Made by a program: the position numbers and the translations under genes. Below, in pieces: positions 10,008 to 19,740 of a DNA stretch of 64,000 nucleotides (position 1 is the stretch's first letter; each line of letters starts with the position of its first letter). This stretch comes from Smithellaceae bacterium. GTDB taxonomy: Bacteria; Desulfobacterota; Syntrophia; Syntrophales; Smithellaceae. The notes under the pieces are model-generated. The model saw nothing but the letters and a program-made list of their open reading frames with translations, made no database searches and was not told where the DNA came from. Location of the stretch: assembly GCA_963667845.2 (NCBI GenBank), contig CAXXVL010000001.1:896001-960000 (forward strand), written 5' to 3'.

Positions 10008-10838
10008 TCAGAAGGTGAAGTAGTTTTTCAGCACCTCTTCGATGCTCTTCTTCAGGTCGCTGTCGTAGGTGAGCGGTTCAATCATGGTGGCGCGCAGAGA
10101 ATCCTGAACCGGCATCCCGCTTTTAAGCAGCGTTCCGGCATAAACCAGCTCGCGCGTTGAGACCCCTTCCTCCAGACCCTGATGAATCAGATTGCGGATC
10201 CGGTTGGCCGCCTTCACCAGTTTTCCCGAGGTTTGTTCATCCACGCCCGCCTCACGGCTCACAATCCTGATTTCGAGATCTTCAGCGGGCCAGCCCAGAT
10301 TGATCGATATGAAACGCTGCCGGGTGCTGGGTTTTAGTTCTTTCAGAACGCTCTGATAATTGGGATTATAACTGATAACCATCATGAATCCATCCGGAGC
10401 ATGATATATTTTCCCTTTTTTCTCCACGGGCAGGTAACGCCGATGATCCGTCAGGGGGTGAATCACGACGGTGACATCTTTGCGGGCTTCAACGACTTCA
10501 TCCAGGTAGGCAATTCCGCCGTTATGCACGGCCATCAGGAGGGGACCGTCAATCCACTGCACTTCGTCGCCCTTGATAATGTAGCGTCCGGTCAGGTCGT
10601 TGGCACTGAGATCATCATGGCACGCGACCGTGTAAAGAGGCCGGTTCAGGCGCCAGGCCATATGTTCCACCAGCCGCGTCTTACCGCTTCCGGTGGGGCC
10701 ATTGAGAAGAATCGGCAGCTTATTGGCATGGGCCGCCTCAAACATCTCTATTTCCTTACCTTGCGGGAGATAAAAAGGTTCTTTGGCGATCCGAAAATCG
10801 CCATGTTCACTTTTTTCAGTTTTTTCGTGCTTTGTCAT
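10008..10838 (-). CDS. CbbQ/NirQ/NorQ family MoxR AAA+ ATPase
   Basis: GPTGSGKT Walker A, YLDEVVEAR Walker B, SYNPNYQ..KELKPSTRQRF, EEGVSTR. Confidence 0.92.
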   Translation of the reverse strand: MTKHEKTEKSEHGDFRIAKEPFYLPQGKEIEMFEAAHANKLPILLNGPTGSGKTRLVEHMAWRLNRPLYTVACHDDLSANDLTGRYIIKGDEVQWIDGPLLMAVHNGGIAYLDEVVEARKDVTVVIHPLTDHRRYLPVEKKGKIYHAPDGFMMVISYNPNYQSVLKELKPSTRQRFISINLGWPAEDLEIRIVSREAGVDEQTSGKLVKAANRIRNLIHQGLEEGVSTRELVYAGTLLKSGMPVQDSLRATMIEPLTYDSDLKKSIEEVLKNYFTF

Positions 10839-10994
10839 TTAATAATCCTCCTGCATGTTCATCTCCATTCATTGAACGACAGTTAGAGCTTTTTTTAGAA
10901 TAAGTATTTCGTCGCTTGTATCAACCATCGTTTTCCATCGATTAATTTCTATACTCTGAGTCTTAAAGATATTCCTTATTAATGTAGTACTAAT

Positions 10995-11008
10995 CTGATC
11001 AATATCAA
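10995..11008. promoter_or_regulatory. Possible FNR/Crp-family box upstream of cbbQ/norQ
   Basis: CTGAT-caat-ATCAA, one mismatch to TTGAT-N4-ATCAA. The context is AT-rich, so it may be chance. Confidence 0.25.
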
Positions 11009-11134
11009 ATTTTTTTTCCGTTTATTTGGAATTCTATGGCTGTCTGAAAACGCCGAATTTCGGCTGTAAGAACAGAAGTGTTTTACAAGTGTGGGTGTAT
11101 CCGGGGTTAGCCGGACCGAAGGATCTGCATAAAT

Positions 11135-11172
11135 AAAAAGTGCCTGGTTTGAGGCAAACCAGACACTTTTTT
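11135..11172 (-). terminator. Intrinsic terminator downstream of serA
   Basis: AAAAAGTGCCTGGTTTG-agg-CAAACCAGACACTTTTTT. Confidence 0.8.
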
Positions 11173-11190
11173 ATAACGATAGAATGTGTA

Positions 11191-12360
11191 TCACTTATTA
11201 TTAAGAACTCTGACGGCCACGACGCCGTTGATTGACTTAATTTTTTCTATCAGGTCGGCGCCGATACCGCCTTCCATGTCGATGATGTTGTAAGCGATGT
11301 TGCCTTTGCTTTTGTTGATCATGTCGGCAATGTTGAGCTGGTTATCCGCCAGCAAGTGAGTGATCTTCTCGATCATGCCGGGCTCGTTGCGGTTCGAAAT
11401 GGTGAGCCTGACCTTGCCCGAATTGTCCAGGGCGCATTCAGGGAAATTGACCGAGTTCTTGATGTTGCCGTTCTCCAGGAAGTCCTTAAGCTGCATGGCA
11501 GCCATGATGGCGCAGTTTTCTTCCGCTTCTTCGGTGGAAGCGCCCAGATGCGGGATGGCGATGACCTTGTCCGTCTTGATGACTTCTTCATCGGGAAAGT
11601 CCGTTACGTAGCATGCCACGATACCGTCGGCGATGGCCTTCTTCAGGGAAGGGGTATCCACGAGCCCGCCTCTGGCGAAGTTCAGGAGCACCGCGCCCTT
11701 CTTCATGACCGCGAATTTATCTGCATTGATGAATCCCTTGGTGTCCTTGTTCTGGGGGACATGCAGCGAGATGAAATCGCACTCGGACAGAAGTTTCTCC
11801 AGGCTTGGCGCCTTCTTGGTATTGCGCGACAGCCTCCAGGCCGCCTCGATGGACAGGAATGGATCATACCCCCAGACGGTCATTCCGAGACTTTCGGCGG
11901 CATTGGCCAACATGGTGCCGATGGCGCCTAGGCCCACCACGCCCAGCTTCTTGCCCAGGATTTCCGTGCCGACGAATTTTGATTTTCCCTTCTCGATCAG
12001 ATCGGGCACCTTGTCGCCTTCACCGATCAGCCCTTTGGTCCAGGTAAGGCCTTCCGCGACATGGCGTGATGACAACAGCATGCCCAGAATGACCAGTTCC
12101 TTGACGCCGTTGGCGTTTGCTCCCGGGGTATTAAAAACGACGATGCCTTTCTCCGAACATTTGTCGATGGGGATATTGTTGACACCGGCGCCGGCGCGGG
12201 CAATGGCTTTAAGACTTGACGGCAGGGTCATATCTTTCATTTCCTTGCTTCTTACCAGGATGCCGTCGGGATCGGGGATATCCGTGCGATACTCATACTT
12301 CTCGGTAAAAAGGCTGAGCCCTTTTTTTGAAATTTTATTTAAGAGATCAATCCGATACAT
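11191..12360 (-). CDS. serA: D-3-phosphoglycerate dehydrogenase (with C-terminal ACT domain)
   Basis: ARAGAGVNNI, GLGAIG, NFARGGLV, PHLGASTEEAE, ACT-like C-terminus. Start moved to the ATG at 12360, which follows an AGGAGG RBS. Confidence 0.9.
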   Translation of the reverse strand: MYRIDLLNKISKKGLSLFTEKYEYRTDIPDPDGILVRSKEMKDMTLPSSLKAIARAGAGVNNIPIDKCSEKGIVVFNTPGANANGVKELVILGMLLSSRHVAEGLTWTKGLIGEGDKVPDLIEKGKSKFVGTEILGKKLGVVGLGAIGTMLANAAESLGMTVWGYDPFLSIEAAWRLSRNTKKAPSLEKLLSECDFISLHVPQNKDTKGFINADKFAVMKKGAVLLNFARGGLVDTPSLKKAIADGIVACYVTDFPDEEVIKTDKVIAIPHLGASTEEAEENCAIMAAMQLKDFLENGNIKNSVNFPECALDNSGKVRLTISNRNEPGMIEKITHLLADNQLNIADMINKSKGNIAYNIIDMEGGIGADLIEKIKSINGVVAVRVLNNK

Positions 12361-12499
12361 AAAATACCTCCTATTCCTTTCCAAACATTTTTTATTTGAG
12401 AGTATTCTGATAACATTGAATACTTACTTTTGTGTTGTCTGAGACCGAAACAAATTGCTCTTATGATTATTTACAAGAACTTCCATTTTCGCGAAATGA

Positions 12500-12528
12500 A
12501 GTATAAAGGGGCCGTTCTTGCGTGTCAA
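12500..12528 (-). promoter_or_regulatory. Sigma70-type promoter for serA
   Basis: Minus strand reads TTGACA-N17-TATACT. Confidence 0.7.
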
Positions 12529-12599
12529 GGAAATCTTGGCCGTAAAATGCGAGGGTATGGAAATAGAGTGTTTTGATGTTGCGTAGATAAGATGATGTC

Positions 12600-12626
12600 A
12601 AAAAAGAAGGTTCCCTCTCGGGAACC
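12600..12626 (-). terminator. Intrinsic terminator on the minus strand
   Basis: Minus strand GGTTCCC-gaga-GGGAACC-TTCTTTTTT. Confidence 0.75.
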
Positions 12627-12634
12627 CTTGATTT

Positions 12635-12668
12635 TGGTGGTGCTGGCAGTCTAGTGCGAACCAGTCTC
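12635..12668 (-). other. Candidate att junction (tRNA-3'-end-like sequence)
   Basis: Minus strand GAGACTGGTTCGCACTAGACTGCCAGCACCACCA (GGTTCG ... ACCA) just before a terminator, at the switch from housekeeping to phage-like DNA. Confidence 0.4.
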
Positions 12669-12714
12669 TATACAAAATCTCGTGAAAAACGAGAAAAAAA
12701 CGAGATATATCGTC

Positions 12715-13992
12715 TTAATCGTCATCATCGTCATCGTCATTTTCATCGCACAAATTCACAACCCTTATTTCAGGGTTAAAAATTGGTTTAAGCATAAGAT
12801 CGGTCAACGCCCAAACAAGAGCATCCATACGATTAGGTGAAGGGTCGCCGGGTACCCAGAGACACATTTCATCTTCCAATTCATTAAAATTTCCAACATG
12901 ATGAATTCGACCTTGCTCATATAGTGCTGCTATGGGTTCTGCTCTTGTATGCTTGTCTCTGCTTGCAGTCACGAGAGTAACTGGGACGTTTGGGTCAACC
13001 TGTCTGATGACGAGTTCAACCATTTCACCACCATTATTACTTTCAGCGACAATTCTATCGGCTACATATTGATTATAAGCATCGACTACAGCATTAGCCC
13101 ACGTTAATGGGCTTCCCTGAATCGTTTCATCCGCTAATACATAGCCCTCATCACCATATCTGCCGGCTACTATTATACCCGCATCGTCCCCGGTACTTGT
13201 AGCAGATGGGTCGACAGCAACAACGATTCTGTCTAAAGATGTTATTCCCCTTACCCTTGCATTCTCGATAATCTTACGAGTCCATAGACCGCCTGGGGCT
13301 TCATCAACATCTTCCGCCATAATCTCCATCCGGTAAGAAAGCGCCATCATGTCATTTGTTATTTCAGCTAATGCCTCTTTGCTTATGTATGGATTATCGT
13401 GCGAAGTGAAATGGAATGTTTGATAGCGTCCAGGATGTTTTTTTTCTTTTTCCTGGAACAATCTGAACATTTTCGCGGCGTGTTGCTTATCGTGGGCTTT
13501 GCTGACTGACCGACTATGAAGAGACGGTGGTGTATAGATGAAAATAGCGTCACCATTATTATCCAGCAACATCGGTGCGCCTACTTTATCCCATATGTCT
13601 TCATTCATAAGTTGATACTCATCAAAAATCATTTCGTCGGCATAATCGCCCCGGAAGGAATCGGCGTTCCAGGCCGTCTTTGCTTTAATGCGTTGCTCTG
13701 TTCCGGGAAGTTCGATATATTTTTCCGTCTCGTTCTTACACAGCACCTTCATTCTAATGAGCTCGGCTAATATTCTTGTCACCGTAGCCCAGAACGTGTC
13801 GACTTGTCCTGCCGTGGGGGCAGCGTAAAGAATGCGTTTACCTTCTAAGAATCGTTTTACGGCACGATTGGCAACTCCTATCGTTTTTCCGCCACGTCTG
13901 CCGGCACGAATAATAATTCGTTTCGCTTCGCAATTAATAAATTCCTGTTGAATTTTATGCTTGCGTCCGGAGAGATGGATTTCAATCGTCAT
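12715..13992 (-). CDS. terL: Phage terminase large subunit
   Basis: RAGRRGGKT Walker A, IFDEYQ Walker B, nuclease motifs VAVDPSA and PNRMDALVWALT, ESNNGG. Confidence 0.85.
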   Translation of the reverse strand: MTIEIHLSGRKHKIQQEFINCEAKRIIIRAGRRGGKTIGVANRAVKRFLEGKRILYAAPTAGQVDTFWATVTRILAELIRMKVLCKNETEKYIELPGTEQRIKAKTAWNADSFRGDYADEMIFDEYQLMNEDIWDKVGAPMLLDNNGDAIFIYTPPSLHSRSVSKAHDKQHAAKMFRLFQEKEKKHPGRYQTFHFTSHDNPYISKEALAEITNDMMALSYRMEIMAEDVDEAPGGLWTRKIIENARVRGITSLDRIVVAVDPSATSTGDDAGIIVAGRYGDEGYVLADETIQGSPLTWANAVVDAYNQYVADRIVAESNNGGEMVELVIRQVDPNVPVTLVTASRDKHTRAEPIAALYEQGRIHHVGNFNELEDEMCLWVPGDPSPNRMDALVWALTDLMLKPIFNPEIRVVNLCDENDDDDDDD

Positions 13993-14293
13993 AAGTCACC
14001 CGCAATTCTATGGGACCACCATTTTTACCCGTAAGTTCGGTTTTATCTGTAACTTTACCATCAATTCTCTCGATAATTTCCTTAAAATAAGACGCATTCC
14101 CTTTTATGGCCTGCTTTGTGGCAGCAATAGCCACAAGGTCGATGATTTGTTTCTTGCTTGTTTCATCAGTACCTTCTAGTACATTTTTGATTGCATTGGT
14201 CAGGGACAATGACCCCTTTGGCCTGCCTTTTTTCTTTGGCTGATTTTTTGAAGAAAACATCTTCAGGTTTTTCTTCGACTTCTCATTGTACAT
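13982..14293 (-). CDS. Putative terminase small subunit
   Basis: GRPKGS motif and ERIDGKVTDKTELTGKNGGPIE tail; overlaps the terL start. Start at ATG 14293 with a GGGGG RBS. Confidence 0.65.
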   Translation of the reverse strand: MYNEKSKKNLKMFSSKNQPKKKGRPKGSLSLTNAIKNVLEGTDETSKKQIIDLVAIAATKQAIKGNASYFKEIIERIDGKVTDKTELTGKNGGPIELRVTYDD

Positions 14294-14300
14294 GTTTTCT

Positions 14301-15569
14301 TTACCCCCTGTTCCGTTCAAGAATCGGTTTATTCCCTGTGAAAGCCTGCCATCTGGTACAAATGACGTCACAATAAATCGGATCCATTTCCATGCCGTAG
14401 CAGATACGGCCTAATTGTTCAGCGGCAATCAAAGCAGGACCGGATCCGAGGAAAAGGTCGAGAGTGATCTCTTCTGGTTCTGAATAATTGCTGATGCAGA
14501 ATGCGAAGAGCCCGACAGGCTTTTGTGTCGGGTGAACTCTCCTTGCCCCTTCGATGTCGCGCTTGCCTTCACGTGTATAGCCGTTCCAGACTTGACGATA
14601 TATCCTCGTGGGTGAAGTGAAACTCGTCCAGGCCATCTCACAATCAGCAAAGTTGTTTGACGACTGGTCAACCCGTTTGTCCCAGATTATCCAGCAGGGG
14701 GAGGGTGGTAGAAAGTCGGTGAAGTAATTTCCACCCCAGAGCATGACTCTTTTGATACCCAGCTCCTGACTCAATCGATAGATATTTCTGGCAGTTTCTG
14801 TTGTCGCATCACCGATAACCGGCGAATACTTTTTGCCGCCGCTGCCGATTTGACCTTTGCCTGTTATTTTGTCGATATTGCCTACAATGTTAATGCCATA
14901 GGGTGGATCCGTGAGTAGCAGTCCTATTGTCCCTGTTTTCATCAATCTTGCCACGTCGGCCTTTTTCGTCGAGTCCCCGCACATGAGCCGATGTTTTCCC
15001 AATAGCCATACGTCACCCGGTTGTGTGACGGGTTGGATGATCTGTTCCGCCTCGGCCTCGGCGTCAAAGCCATCCTCGACGACTTCGTCTGAAACTGCCA
15101 GCCAGTCCTTTGGCAAATCGACGCCCCAGTCATCCAGGGGAAGATCTGACCATTTGCTGGCCAGTATCGACAAGTCCCACTCGCCCCAAGATCCATTGTC
15201 TTTGATGGCAATGGCTCGTTTCTGGATTTCTGTCAGGTCGTTCATGACAATAACAGGCACAGAAGCCATCTTCAGTTTTTTTGCTGCCTCAAACCTCATA
15301 TTGCCGCCCAATATTTTAAAATGTCCGTTTTCCGGAGCAACTAATATGGGCCGGGCCTCAAACAGTTCTGGGGATTCTTCCAGTGATTTGCAGAGGGATT
15401 TGAACTGCTCATCCTTAATGAAGCGAGGGTTGTCCGGATTCTTCTTGATGGTTGTTATGGGTACATGTATAATTTTATAACAATCTTTCGTTGGTTTTTC
15501 CCCTTTCTTGGCGGTGTTCCTAGGAATGACTGATGGTTCTCTCAGGTGCTTCATATTTTCATTTTGCAT
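14301..15569 (-). CDS. Phage-type ParB-like + N4/N6 DNA methyltransferase
   Basis: N-terminal NPDNPR ParB-like domain; TDPPYG, HPTQKP, DLFLGSG (beta-class motif order). Start at ATG 15569 with a GGAGG RBS. Confidence 0.85.
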   Translation of the reverse strand: MQNENMKHLREPSVIPRNTAKKGEKPTKDCYKIIHVPITTIKKNPDNPRFIKDEQFKSLCKSLEESPELFEARPILVAPENGHFKILGGNMRFEAAKKLKMASVPVIVMNDLTEIQKRAIAIKDNGSWGEWDLSILASKWSDLPLDDWGVDLPKDWLAVSDEVVEDGFDAEAEAEQIIQPVTQPGDVWLLGKHRLMCGDSTKKADVARLMKTGTIGLLLTDPPYGINIVGNIDKITGKGQIGSGGKKYSPVIGDATTETARNIYRLSQELGIKRVMLWGGNYFTDFLPPSPCWIIWDKRVDQSSNNFADCEMAWTSFTSPTRIYRQVWNGYTREGKRDIEGARRVHPTQKPVGLFAFCISNYSEPEEITLDLFLGSGPALIAAEQLGRICYGMEMDPIYCDVICTRWQAFTGNKPILERNRG

Positions 15570-15714
15570 TGTCCTTCCCTCCAATATTAATTTACAAACA
15601 AAAAACAACGATGTTTAATCGTGGCGTAATGTTAAACACAAAATATGATGGAGGAAAGTGAGAGATTGATATGATTATCTTATCTTACACGTGACAAATA
15701 AAGGTAATGCCTAA

Positions 15715-16482
15715 TTAGGCGTTTTCTGGCGACCACCAAATCTGAACATCGTGTTCAATATTATTGATGATTTGTTTTGCTTTATTGAAGTCGTTTATAA
15801 GTGCCCGCCTGCGGTTTTCTTCAGAAGCTTTGTCTTCTGGAAATTCTTTTTCACGAATATCTCTATAGGTTACTTTTGGCTTACAGATCCTCATGGTATA
15901 AACCCTTAGGTATCTTTCTAGCTCTTCTTTAACAAATCGTTTAGAGGGCACTTTTCCCATAAGGATTTGCTTTACTTTCTTGACAAGTCTTTCTACCTCG
16001 GCTTTGGAAAAGTCCGCTTGAGTGATTTTCAAATATGAATGACAATCGCCATTCATACGCATAATGGCGCACAGGAGATCGGCCATTTCGAGCAGGGAAG
16101 GCTCCCGTCCCGAAGTCCTCCTGACCCCATTTATGATAGAGAGAAACATGTTCCGTATAAAATATTTCATGGATGGATCGATCCCGGATAGGTCATCAAC
16201 ATTTCCTAATGCTGTTCCTTCTTCTCCACTATTTCCCGTATAATATTTTTTGTACCAGTCATCGAACGATTTTGCGTGAATATCACCATATTTCTGATAA
16301 AGCATTATAATTGGATTTATGTCTTGCAGTGGTCCGGTTTCTGGCTTAAATTTCTCTGGAAGGGTGAGTTGGGGATTCGTGGCCGCATTTCTCTCCCAGT
16401 CACAATATTCCCGATATAAGTCCGAAAGTTTTAAATATTGCCACTTAAGGCTTTCGATTTCCTTTTCGCCTAAATATCTCAT
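15715..16482 (-). CDS. Hypothetical protein (possible DNA-binding regulator)
   Basis: 255-aa ORF co-oriented with the phage genes; no recognisable family. Confidence 0.55.
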   Translation of the reverse strand: MRYLGEKEIESLKWQYLKLSDLYREYCDWERNAATNPQLTLPEKFKPETGPLQDINPIIMLYQKYGDIHAKSFDDWYKKYYTGNSGEEGTALGNVDDLSGIDPSMKYFIRNMFLSIINGVRRTSGREPSLLEMADLLCAIMRMNGDCHSYLKITQADFSKAEVERLVKKVKQILMGKVPSKRFVKEELERYLRVYTMRICKPKVTYRDIREKEFPEDKASEENRRRALINDFNKAKQIINNIEHDVQIWWSPENA

Positions 16483-16857
16483 GGGCTGTTGAACTTCCTT
16501 CCTTTATTTTGATTCATTTGTGTCGACCTTCTAGCCGTAAGAGTAACACCCCAGACATCATTAAAACTATTCTCATTAAAGAAATCTAAGTGTTTCTGTT
16601 TATTGCTTGTGACAGGATAATTTACGTAGATCAAAAAGTAATTGTTATTGTCATCCAGTTTCATTGCTACTCCTTACGATAAACCTCATGCAGAATATTA
16701 GAAAAGACAATCGCCAAGATATGTCTGACTGCCTGTTGTCTCTTTAGCTGCTTCAATCATAATTTTCAATATGAACTTATCCAACTTTAATGGATGAGTC
16801 GTTAAGCTGCAAGGTTACCCACATTTCACACTTCGTGGACATCATCTGTTAAAAAAC

Positions 16858-16885
16858 TGAAATATTTTAACTTGTACTTCGTCAA
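16858..16885 (+). promoter_or_regulatory. Degenerate copy of the ECF-type promoter (probably leaderless mRNA)
   Basis: TGAAATAT-N14-CGTCAA, with the ATG at 16893 exactly 7 nt downstream, the same spacing as at rodA. Confidence 0.5.
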
Positions 16886-16892
16886 TTCAGAC

Positions 16893-17597
16893 ATGAGAAT
16901 TTTAGATAAAATAGAAGAAAAAATGGAATCCATTATCGAAAATCTTTTCAAAACAAGAAGTTTTGACCCTGTCCAAATAGAAATTCAGTTAAAAAGAACG
17001 ATTGAGCGTAATTGCCGTAAAGACATCTTAGGGAAAATCATGGTCAATTCTTCGTATACGGTAAAGATGTCCGGGAAAGTTTATAAAAAAATGTCTGTAT
17101 TTGCAGATGTTTTTCAAAGACGGCTGATCCATAACATCAATGCTTGGTTAAAAGAAAAAAACTATTATCTGATTGAAGAATTGGAAATCCAATTCACAAT
17201 CAACGATTCCATTAAACGTTTTTTTGAAGTGATTCCTGCTGAGAAAAGTGCCGGTTATTGCACGACTCTGAACGATGCAACAGACGGCAGTGAGGAAGTT
17301 AATGCAGAGTTGAGGTTTATGTATGGACGCGGAAGTTTTAAACTAAGTGAAACCACCATGTTTATAGGACGCGATGAATCATGCCATTTAGTGCTTGTCG
17401 ATGAAACCATTTCTAAGAAACACGCTGTTGTTACAAAAAGAGCTAGCAGGTTTATGATCAGAGATTTGGACAGTAAAAACGGTGTTTGGGTGAATCATCA
17501 AAAAGTAAGCAAAGCTATCTTATCTGATGGAGACAAAATAATGATTGGTAATATCGGGTTCGTTTTTGATGTGGAACAGGTAATTCAAAAGATGTGA
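16893..17597 (+). CDS. fhaA: FhaA-like protein (DUF3662-type N-domain + FHA)
   Basis: LDKIEEKMESIIENLF..DPVQIE N-domain; FHA motifs IGR, ISKKHA, DLDSKNGVWVN. Confidence 0.75.
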   Translation: MRILDKIEEKMESIIENLFKTRSFDPVQIEIQLKRTIERNCRKDILGKIMVNSSYTVKMSGKVYKKMSVFADVFQRRLIHNINAWLKEKNYYLIEELEIQFTINDSIKRFFEVIPAEKSAGYCTTLNDATDGSEEVNAELRFMYGRGSFKLSETTMFIGRDESCHLVLVDETISKKHAVVTKRASRFMIRDLDSKNGVWVNHQKVSKAILSDGDKIMIGNIGFVFDVEQVIQKM

Positions 17598-17743
17598 AAA
17601 TGACATGGCAGCCGGTGTGAGCAAATAACGACCGAGACCATCAGTAAGTAATTGCGATACAAGAATGTTCAATAAATATCTTGACATATCAATGTGCTAT
17701 TCAGTAAAAGGTCAAAGATCAATATCCGATATCCGGAGGCTGA

Positions 17744-19648
17744 ATGTTGATATGTCCTGAATGCAAAAAAGGCATCGGTTCTTTTTCTAAGGGCGAGGAA
17801 ATTAATTTATTAAAAAAATATTTCTGTCTGCATTGTGCTAAGGATATTACAGCACATATCAAAAAAGAACTTGGAAAACAAATTAACAGAGATCACAAAA
17901 AGCAACTTCCAAACGAAATTTCCAAAGAACTAAATCAAATAAAATCAGGATACAAAAGTCAATTAAAAGAACTTCATAGGGAAGTACGGCATGAGTCGAC
18001 TGAAGGATCTATTAAAATGCAAGAGAACGGCGAAGATCGAGATAAAGAACAAGGATACGATACGGATGATCAAAGTGATAGCGAGATCGCGCACATCGCT
18101 GCACAATATAAAGATAAAAAGTTTATCCATAACGTACAAAGCGCCATTGAAATTCAAATAAAAAATGTATCAGAAGAAAATTTGAAAGATTTGAGAATAA
18201 AATATGATCTCCTTTCAGGTGATATGCGTGAACAAACTTATCGGGTATTGCCTAAAAAGGCTCAGAAATTTGACGAATTCTATTTTTTCGCTGAAAGAGA
18301 AGGGGAGGCACGTGTTAATTTTGTTTTTGAATACCTTGATTCAAAAGACAATCCTTCAATATACACGGCACAACAGAAATATTTTGTGCATCCAAAAGAA
18401 AGAAGAATAAGCCAGCAATTTTTAGGCAACGTCAATATTGACCAGAGAGGTGTGGACAATAGCAATGCAGTTTACAATATAGGTTCAATAGGTTCTTTAA
18501 GCAAAGAAAGCTCTTCATTATTTTCTGCCGAAGGCGAATGGAAAGATTTATGTGTCGTCTTTGATAGCGAAGAGACAAAAAAGCGACGAGATGAAAAAGA
18601 AAAAAAGCGAAATTTGCTTGAAGGTGAAAAGAAATTAAAAGAAGGAAGGAAAAAATTCGATTCAATAGACAGTCGGCAACCGCTTGATGATAAAATATTA
18701 TCGCTTAAACAGGCCCGGGATTCATTTTCGCAAACAAAAGACTGTTTCAGCAAGGTGCTGGAATATGAAGAAGACGAGGCCGTTTTAAAAAGAATTAAAG
18801 AAACTGAAGATTTTTTAGAAAACATTGACAAACAAATTGAAATAATTACGCGCAAACCCATCCCTTCCATTCCACCACCTGCCAAGGTTACGTCCGGAAC
18901 ACTTCTTCTGCCGAATGGTAAAAAAGTTTTTCTTTACTCAAGGATGCCACTGACCCTCGGATTATTGAAAGAAAATGATATTGTGTTGAGGGTGATGCCC
19001 TACATGCCCAAAGAGCAGTATCTGGAAAATTTCAAAAAAAACGAAGCAATCAGCCGGAAGCATGCCACCATTTCTTCACAGAACAATCTTTTTTACCTTG
19101 CGGATCAGTCTTCGCGCAATGGCACTTATATCAATGGAAAAAAAATAGGGAGCGATATGCCCGGTGAACTGATTACGGATAAAGCGCAAGTTAGTATCGC
19201 CAAAGTGCTGGATTTGCAATTCCAGTTTTACTGGGATAATGCGGAATCGGCCAATCAGGAGAAATATAAAAAGAGTGAATGCAAATCGATTTATGGCGTT
19301 ATTACCAGCGATTGTTTTGGCATCGACAAGCGCAGCAGCATCAATGCCATTAAGATTATCAGAAAAAGCAACTGTGCCAAGAAGGAAAAGTACATTATTC
19401 TTGTTCGGGAAATTACGCTGGGTTCCAGCTCTTCAAATGCCGTCGTTCTGGAAGGTAAGAATATATCGGACATTCATGCCAGGATATTTTTCCGTGACAG
19501 ACATTACTGGATAGAAGATCTGAATTCGCTGCATGGTGTTTTTCTGAATCATCAGAAGCTTACCTCCGGTGAGGAAGCACCGCTAGGGGCTGAAGCGGAG
19601 ATTGTCGTGGGGGACGCAAAAATTATATTCCGGGGGGAAACGCGTTGA
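17744..19648 (+). CDS. Zn-ribbon + coiled coil + double FHA-domain protein
   Basis: CPEC..CLHC N-terminus; ISRKHA..DQSSRNGTYING and ISDIHA..DLNSLHGVFLN. Confidence 0.8.
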   Translation: MLICPECKKGIGSFSKGEEINLLKKYFCLHCAKDITAHIKKELGKQINRDHKKQLPNEISKELNQIKSGYKSQLKELHREVRHESTEGSIKMQENGEDRDKEQGYDTDDQSDSEIAHIAAQYKDKKFIHNVQSAIEIQIKNVSEENLKDLRIKYDLLSGDMREQTYRVLPKKAQKFDEFYFFAEREGEARVNFVFEYLDSKDNPSIYTAQQKYFVHPKERRISQQFLGNVNIDQRGVDNSNAVYNIGSIGSLSKESSSLFSAEGEWKDLCVVFDSEETKKRRDEKEKKRNLLEGEKKLKEGRKKFDSIDSRQPLDDKILSLKQARDSFSQTKDCFSKVLEYEEDEAVLKRIKETEDFLENIDKQIEIITRKPIPSIPPPAKVTSGTLLLPNGKKVFLYSRMPLTLGLLKENDIVLRVMPYMPKEQYLENFKKNEAISRKHATISSQNNLFYLADQSSRNGTYINGKKIGSDMPGELITDKAQVSIAKVLDLQFQFYWDNAESANQEKYKKSECKSIYGVITSDCFGIDKRSSINAIKIIRKSNCAKKEKYIILVREITLGSSSSNAVVLEGKNISDIHARIFFRDRHYWIEDLNSLHGVFLNHQKLTSGEEAPLGAEAEIVVGDAKIIFRGETR

Positions 19649-19740
19649 TTAAAGACATACCCCAATAGCGTTTTGTTTCCATGAGTAGTTCAAACAGCAG
19701 TCTTAAAATAGCTAAAAAAATATAGAGTAGAGTGTATTAC

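Noticed and set aside
5575..10838. Denitrification (norQD) or Rubisco activase (cbbQO) functional call
   Set aside because: No norCB or rbcL nearby, so only the family-level assignment is supported.
12635..12700. Complete tRNA gene
   Set aside because: Only a GGTTCG and an ACCA-like end are present; no D-arm, anticodon arm or matching acceptor stem can be folded.
12715..16482. Intact prophage
   Set aside because: No portal, capsid, tail, lysis or replication genes in the window.
16479..16664. 61-aa minus-strand ORF upstream of the hypothetical gene
   Set aside because: Short, AT-rich and without motifs; it cannot be supported despite its 4-bp overlap with the next ORF.
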